A DNA stretch of 64,000 bases, from the NCBI GenBank assembly GCA_038883715.1, contig JAVZLS010000002.1, positions 1 through 64,000 on the forward strand, written 5' to 3'. A model generated the notes under the pieces. It saw only the letters and a program-made list of their open reading frames with translations, was not told the origin of the DNA and ran no database searches. Positions 58,908-64,000 of the stretch are shown here, piece by piece. The translations under genes and the position numbers were made by a program. This DNA is from Candidatus Bathyarchaeia archaeon. GTDB taxonomy: Archaea > Thermoproteota > Bathyarchaeia > Bathyarchaeales > Bathycorpusculaceae. Each line of letters starts with the position of its first letter. The stretch's first letter is position 1.

Positions 58908-60179
58908 TTAAATGGAGAACGGGAGAAAGTAAACAAGCAAGGCTGTTGCAAAAGTCGCTATGAAGGATGGAATCACATACTTGTAAACCTTGCCCAGAGG
59001 ACTCTTGAAGTAGTCAGCCGTAAAAACGAAACAGAGATGAGTAGGCGAAATGGTATAGCCAAGATAAGCACTAATATATAGAAGCGCAGCGGTTTTCGGC
59101 GAAAAAGCCAAAACTCCTGTTAAAATTGGCACACTTACGGCTACTGCACCGTGCGGAGAGCCTATGAGAAAACCCAAAACCGCTGGAATTAATGTTAGCA
59201 GTATAACTGTGTCCACGCTTCCATTAGCAACAAACCGCTTGAAAACATCAGAAACTCCAGCAGCAACAATCACATTGCGAAGCAGAAAAGCTCCATAAAC
59301 AGCCAAAGTCACCCCATAAATTCCCCAATCCCTAAGCGGTTTCGCCAGCACTTTGAAGTTTAGACGGGAAATCACGGCTAAAACCACTAACCCCGCAAAA
59401 GTCGCTATTAGAACATCAAACCCTAACCGAGACAAACCATAACTTAAAGCGCCTATAAAAACAGCCACAACAATAGTTGCCATTATAGGAGTGAACGAAA
59501 TAAGGAAACGCTTAAACTCCGAACCATTGTCACTTACTACTTTTTCGGATTCCTCCATGTTTCTTACGATTGAAACTTTCCAGAAACCCACCAAAAAGCC
59601 AACAATAACCATAACCGTAACCGTTGGAATTTGAAGCAAAATAATAGAAAATAGGGATACTCCAGTTAAGGCAGCCGTCACTATCAGCACCTGGCTTAAC
59701 GGGTAAACAGGAAAAATCGTGTGCCTAAACCACAAATTCACATAAGCCTTCCGCTCCGCCTTCAATTTCAACTTTTCAGCCTCCGAATCCACTATGGGAG
59801 CCGACATCAAAGCCCCACCAGCCACCTGAAGGAAACCTATCACGGCTGGAAGCACACTTAAGACAATCTTTGGATTCTTAACAAGGCGGCTCAAGCTCTC
59901 GCTTAATTTTGTGATTTCCCCCGTCTCCTTGTAAAGTTGGCTCAACCACATTATACCAAAAGTCGTAAAAATAACCGATATCGCAAGGAGCCCCTCACTT
60001 TTTAAGGGATTAACGGTTGCGTAGGCTATACTTGGAAAGCTCTGCCAATCAAGCGAAAGCAAAGCCAAAAGAACAGCTGTTGCGTTTAAGGTTATCCCCA
60101 AATTAACACGCCTATAAAGCAAAACGCCAAGAAAGCAAAAGGAAACAACCACAGAGGTCAACGGGTCCAGCAGTCCCAA
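58908..60179 (-). CDS. DUF401-like (ion-transporter superfamily) membrane protein
   Basis: PAVIG...GGALMSAP, NLWFRH, SPTHLC. Confidence 0.8.
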   Translation of the reverse strand: MGLLDPLTSVVVSFCFLGVLLYRRVNLGITLNATAVLLALLSLDWQSFPSIAYATVNPLKSEGLLAISVIFTTFGIMWLSQLYKETGEITKLSESLSRLVKNPKIVLSVLPAVIGFLQVAGGALMSAPIVDSEAEKLKLKAERKAYVNLWFRHTIFPVYPLSQVLIVTAALTGVSLFSIILLQIPTVTVMVIVGFLVGFWKVSIVRNMEESEKVVSDNGSEFKRFLISFTPIMATIVVAVFIGALSYGLSRLGFDVLIATFAGLVVLAVISRLNFKVLAKPLRDWGIYGVTLAVYGAFLLRNVIVAAGVSDVFKRFVANGSVDTVILLTLIPAVLGFLIGSPHGAVAVSVPILTGVLAFSPKTAALLYISAYLGYTISPTHLCFVFTADYFKSPLGKVYKYVIPSFIATFATALLVYFLPFSI

Positions 60180-60268
60180 ATCAAGGCATCCCTTTCAAAC
60201 ATTTAAAAACCAAAATATACGCCAAACACTTAATCCTTTCCATAAAACACCACACAAAATGTGGTCGC

Positions 60269-60685
60269 ATGAAAAGAAAAGCTTTCATCTCCGGACCAAT
60301 CCAAGGCATGGAAACAAAACAATCCTACAGAGAAACCATAAGACGCATCTGCACCCGCTGTGGATACGAACCAATCGACCCGTGGCAACGCGAAAAAATA
60401 ATTTACAAAGGCACAGAAAACGGCTGGTGGCAAAAAGTTCCAGCAGCAGACTTCATAAAAAGAGATTTAGAAGATATAGAAAAATGCGATATCCTAATCG
60501 CCTACATGCCAAAACTATCAGCCGGAACATGCATGGAACTCTTCCACGCAAAAATGAAGGGGAAGAAAACTATATGCATATGCAAAATCAAAAACCCAAG
60601 CCCATGGATAACCACTCACTCAGACATCATCCTCAAAGATATCAAACAACTTGAACAAGCATTAAAAGCCATAAACCCTTATTAA
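60269..60685 (+). CDS. Nucleoside 2-deoxyribosyltransferase-fold protein
   Basis: FISGPI, RDLEDIEKCD, SAGTCME. Confidence 0.78.
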   Translation: MKRKAFISGPIQGMETKQSYRETIRRICTRCGYEPIDPWQREKIIYKGTENGWWQKVPAADFIKRDLEDIEKCDILIAYMPKLSAGTCMELFHAKMKGKKTICICKIKNPSPWITTHSDIILKDIKQLEQALKAINPY

Positions 60686-60699
60686 CACAGCTCTGAAGC

Positions 60700-61578
60700 T
60701 TAAAGCTTCAATGCAGCCCTAAGCCTAGCCGACCTAGCCCTAGGATTTTCCTCAACCTCCTCCTTAGATGGCCTAACAGGCTTTTTCGTCAAAATTTTAA
60801 CAGCACCTTCTTTGTCTTTCTGTCTCAGAAAATTTTTTACAATACGATCTTCCAAGGAATGAAAGGAAATAACCACAAGCCTACCCCCCTTATCCAATAT
60901 GTCAAGAGCTTGAGGCAAAGCCTTCGCCAAATTCTGCAACTCATTGTTCACAGCTATTCTCAAAGCCTGAAATGTCTTAGTGGCAAAATGAATCCGCCCC
61001 CTATGATACCAAGAAGGCGTCGCCTTCTCAACAGCCATAACCAAATCCACAGTAGTCCTCAACGGCCTAGACCGCACAATTTCTTCGGCTATCCTCCGCG
61101 CAAACCGCTCTTGCCCATAAACCCTTAAAATCTTCACAATATCCCTCAAACTCCAAAGATTCACTATGACTTCAGCAGTCAACGGATTTTCTGGGTTATA
61201 CCGCATATCAAGAGGCTCATTCCGGAGAAAAGAAAAACCTCGACCACTCCCCTCTAAATGCCAGCTTGACAAACCCAAATCAAACAAAACCCCAGAAACA
61301 CGCCTAAAGGCATACCTATCAACCATATCGCCCAAATTGGCAAAGTTACCGCAAACGAGGATTAGACGTTTTTCGTAATCGGTGCCTTCAACTCTCCTCT
61401 TAAGCCTCTCCAAAATTACAGGGTCAGCGTCCAGCCCCAAAACTCTACCGGAAGGCCCCGTCCGCTCCAAAACAGCCAAAGCATGACCACCCAAACCCAC
61501 AGTACAATCAACAAAATCCTCACCAGGCTTAGGATCAAGAAAAAGAATAACCTCGTCCTTCATAACTGGCAAGTGCAA
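60700..61578 (-). CDS. rsmH: 16S rRNA m4C1402 methyltransferase RsmH (MraW)
   Basis: HLPV, DCTVGLGGH, FDLGLSS, RGFSF...PLDMR, TFQALRIAVN.EL, ISFHSLEDRIVK, NPRARSA.LR; likely start TTG 61578 (ORF open to 61599). Confidence 0.92.
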   Translation of the reverse strand: MHLPVMKDEVILFLDPKPGEDFVDCTVGLGGHALAVLERTGPSGRVLGLDADPVILERLKRRVEGTDYEKRLILVCGNFANLGDMVDRYAFRRVSGVLFDLGLSSWHLEGSGRGFSFLRNEPLDMRYNPENPLTAEVIVNLWSLRDIVKILRVYGQERFARRIAEEIVRSRPLRTTVDLVMAVEKATPSWYHRGRIHFATKTFQALRIAVNNELQNLAKALPQALDILDKGGRLVVISFHSLEDRIVKNFLRQKDKEGAVKILTKKPVRPSKEEVEENPRARSARLRAALKL

Positions 61579-61659
61579 CCCTAGACACCACAATCCCACA
61601 TAGATTTCGAAGCAACACGCATAAGTAAAAGCCGCATTTTATTTTAAAATTTACGAAAG

Positions 61660-61734
61660 TGCGGCCGCCGGGATTTGAACCCGGGTCGTCAGCGTGGCAG
61701 GCTGATGTCCTAGTCCAGGCTAGACTACGGCCGC
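61660..61734 (-). tRNA. tRNA-Gly(GCC)
   Basis: GCGGCCG acceptor, anticodon loop CT-GCC-AC, GGTTCAAATCC T arm. Confidence 0.95.
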
Positions 61735-61913
61735 CTCGATAATTTCTGGTTATCCTCTTATCCACGTTTTCCTAAAAAGCGTTATGTTCTGTGTTGTTAA
61801 TAGCAAATGTCAATTTTGTGTTGGGTGGGAGACTGCAAAATTGATAGCCCCCTCTAGTTTTCTGTGTTGCTTTATAGTCAAGTTTTTATTGCTTGTTGGC
61901 TTTTGTGTTTTTG

Positions 61914-62801
61914 ATGTTTGGTAAGGAGTTTTTTGTTAGTCGTTATCGGTTGTTGGGTTGGGAGTTTAGGGATGTTGCGCCAAAACAGGCCATTAGGGTT
62001 AATGCCATGAATGTTAAGGGCGTCAATATTTTGGAGAGGCTTAGGGGTTTGGGGGTTGAGCTTGAGGAAATCCCGTTTCTTCGTGGTGGTTACTGGGTTA
62101 CGCGTTCAGATTTTTCTGTCGGCGCCACTGTGGAGTATCTTTTGGGCTATTATTCCATACAGGAGGCTGCGGCTCAAATCCCAGCAACATTGTTCACAGA
62201 TTTAAGGAGCAAGACTGTTTTAGATGCTTGTGCCGCTCCAGGCGGCAAGACTGTTCAGTTGGCGGATTTGATGGGGAACACTGGCGTCATTGTGGCTTTG
62301 GATGTTGATGGACGGAGGCTCAATGCCTTACAAAATCAGTTGGAGCGTTGCCGTGTGAAAAACACCATTGTTTATCGGCTGGATGCCCGAAAAACTTCAA
62401 AGCTGGGTTTGAAGTTTGATAGAATATTGCTTGATGTGCCATGTTCTGGCAACTTCGCCACCGACAAAGGCTGGTTTAGGCGGAGAACGCTGGCTGATGT
62501 TAAGAGAAACGCTAGGCTTCAAAGGGAGATGCTCGCTGAAGCCGCCAAGGTTCTAAAGGAAGACGGGGAAATAGTTTATGCCACATGCTCCCTAGAGCCG
62601 GAAGAAGACGAACTGAACATTGACTGGGCTGTGAAGAATCTAGGCCTTGAAACTGTAGAGATAGAATGCTACGGAGAGGAGGCGCCAACAGAAATCTTCG
62701 GCAAAAAACTAGATGATTCCGTTGGGAATTGTCGCCGCATATGGCCTGGTGAAACCCAAGGCTTTTTTTCATGCAAACTTAAAAAGCGCAAACATGGGTG
62801 A
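61914..62801 (+). CDS. NOL1/NOP2/RsmB-F family RNA m5C methyltransferase
   Basis: DACAAPGGKT, DVPCSG, YATCS..PEEDE. Confidence 0.92.
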   Translation: MFGKEFFVSRYRLLGWEFRDVAPKQAIRVNAMNVKGVNILERLRGLGVELEEIPFLRGGYWVTRSDFSVGATVEYLLGYYSIQEAAAQIPATLFTDLRSKTVLDACAAPGGKTVQLADLMGNTGVIVALDVDGRRLNALQNQLERCRVKNTIVYRLDARKTSKLGLKFDRILLDVPCSGNFATDKGWFRRRTLADVKRNARLQREMLAEAAKVLKEDGEIVYATCSLEPEEDELNIDWAVKNLGLETVEIECYGEEAPTEIFGKKLDDSVGNCRRIWPGETQGFFSCKLKKRKHG

Positions 62802-63300
62802 AATGGTCATGGCGAAGTGTATAGAGGATTTTGCCGAACTTTTCGGTGTAAAACTTAGCTTGGACAAAAGTCTGGTAGTTAAGAAGAAAGGTAAGTTTTT
62901 CTTGCTCAGCCCGAAATTGAAGAAATTGGCTGGGAAAGGCAGAGACTGGCTTTTTGCTGGAATATATCTTGGCAAAGTCGAGAATGGCAGGTTCTTTCCA
63001 AGTTTTCCCTTGCTTTTCATGATTGCAGGCCAAGCCCAAAACAAGGTGATTGTTGATGATAAGGCAGCTTGGCTTTTCGTCTGCAGCAGAGACATATTTA
63101 AGGAGGGAATATTGGAGGCTTACGGCTCAAGAGGTAAAGGCGCCTACACATTGGTTTTTAATCGCTATGGCGAGTGCCTCGGTTTTGGTAGAATAAAAAG
63201 GGACTTAGACAAGGCGGAAAGCGGCGTGGTCGTCAAAAACATTTTGGACATTGGAGATTTCTTAAGAAGGGAGCGAAGCACAAAAATTTCGGAAATCTAA
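62794..63300 (+). CDS. Nip7-like PUA-domain ribosome biogenesis protein
   Basis: AGIYLG, AWLFVCSRD, LGFG, DIGDFLRRE; overlaps the NOP2-family gene. Confidence 0.8.
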   Translation: MGEMVMAKCIEDFAELFGVKLSLDKSLVVKKKGKFFLLSPKLKKLAGKGRDWLFAGIYLGKVENGRFFPSFPLLFMIAGQAQNKVIVDDKAAWLFVCSRDIFKEGILEAYGSRGKGAYTLVFNRYGECLGFGRIKRDLDKAESGVVVKNILDIGDFLRRERSTKISEI

Positions 63301-64000
63301 ATTCCGCCAGATTTTATTTTTTGGGCTAGTTCCTCAATTTTGACCTTGCTTTGTTCCTTTTTCTGCATGTCTCTTAGGACGACGGCTCCTTCGCTTAGTT
63401 CCCTTTCGCCAACGATTACTACATGGCTTATGCCCCTTCTGTCAGCGTCTTCCAAAGCCTTTGTAACCTTCCGCCTCATGACTTCCGTTTCAACGGTTAT
63501 TCCCTCATTTCTAAGCATTTCTGAAATCTTCAAGGCTTCATTGTTCAGTTTCTCATTAACAGGAATAACCATTACCCGTTTTTCCTCTTCGGCTGGTGGG
63601 CTGGTTTTCTGCTCTTGCATGGCGAGCATTATTCTGTCTATTCCATGGGCAACCCCAACGGCTGGTGTGGGTTCTCCACCAAAAAGCTCCACAAGTTTGT
63701 CATATCTTCCCCCGCCAGCCAGTGCAATGTCCAGCTCCGGCACATAAACCTCAAAAATCATCCCAGTATAGTATTCCAGTCCGCGGGCGAAACCAGAGTC
63801 CACGATTATGTCCAGCTCTTTCTCTGATTTTCCCACCAACCCGAGGATTTCTCTGAGATTTTTTGCTGCTTTTGATGCGTTCTCGTAATCTTTCACGAGT
63901 TTTTCCATTTCATCCAGAATGCTTGCAGTGTTGCCCCCTTTTAAGCCAATCATCCTTTGGAGCGTTTTTAGGCACCTATCCGTCACTCCTGCCTCTTTTA
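63297..64000 (-). CDS. hisS: Histidyl-tRNA synthetase (C-terminal part; 5' end outside window)
   Basis: ARGLEYYTGMIFE, GGGRYD, GVAHGIDRI, anticodon-binding domain. Confidence 0.95.
   Translation of the reverse strand, partial: KEAGVTDRCLKTLQRMIGLKGGNTASILDEMEKLVKDYENASKAAKNLREILGLVGKSEKELDIIVDSGFARGLEYYTGMIFEVYVPELDIALAGGGRYDKLVELFGGEPTPAVGVAHGIDRIMLAMQEQKTSPPAEEEKRVMVIPVNEKLNNEALKISEMLRNEGITVETEVMRRKVTKALEDADRRGISHVVIVGERELSEGAVVLRDMQKKEQSKVKIEELAQKIKSGGI

Noticed and set aside
60259-60654. 131-aa overlapping plus-strand ORF
   Set aside because: Alternative frame of the deoxyribosyltransferase-fold gene, open because the region is T-poor.
5427-61734. Inverted repeats formed by the two tRNA-Gly genes as element boundaries
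   Set aside because: Both are complete isoacceptor genes and the enclosed DNA is core housekeeping.

Overview
Archaeal chromosomal window. Gene content (eS4, eL19, eL32, eL34, Rpp29, EMC3/DUF106, Nip7, tetraether synthase, BRE/TATA promoters, GGTGA/GGAGG ribosome-binding sites) points to a TACK-type archaeon; Bathyarchaeia is my inference. It holds purM-purS-purL, three intron-less tRNAs (Gly-CCC, Cys-GCA, Gly-GCC), hydrogenase maturation genes (hypA with an ATPase-type hypB; hypE; hypFCD), DNA ligase, glycosyltransferase genes, the uL22-to-cmk part of the ribosomal superoperon, a GDGT tetraether synthase, a nine-gene acyl-CoA/beta-oxidation cluster, rRNA methyltransferases and a partial hisS. 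I saw no CRISPR array, rRNA, integrase or transposase. The best candidate for an undescribed system is 18387-21665. There, a threonine-synthase-fold protein has its PLP Schiff-base lysine replaced by Arg (SFRDR) and carries a C-terminal winged helix. It lies upstream of an ECF S-component and a PurM/ThiL-fold kinase-like gene, with a 9-6-9 inverted repeat between the TATA box and RBS of the ECF gene. This suggests a pseudoenzyme-based vitamin (B6 or HMP) sensing regulon. Other highlights: a bacterial-type RsmH beside tRNA-Gly, an unannotated 18-aa KE-repeat micropeptide, back-to-back trmB/tes promoters, a HAD-ECH pair separated by an acyl-CoA dehydrogenase, and a long GC-rich hairpin upstream of purM. 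All family calls come from motif recognition; no searches were run.
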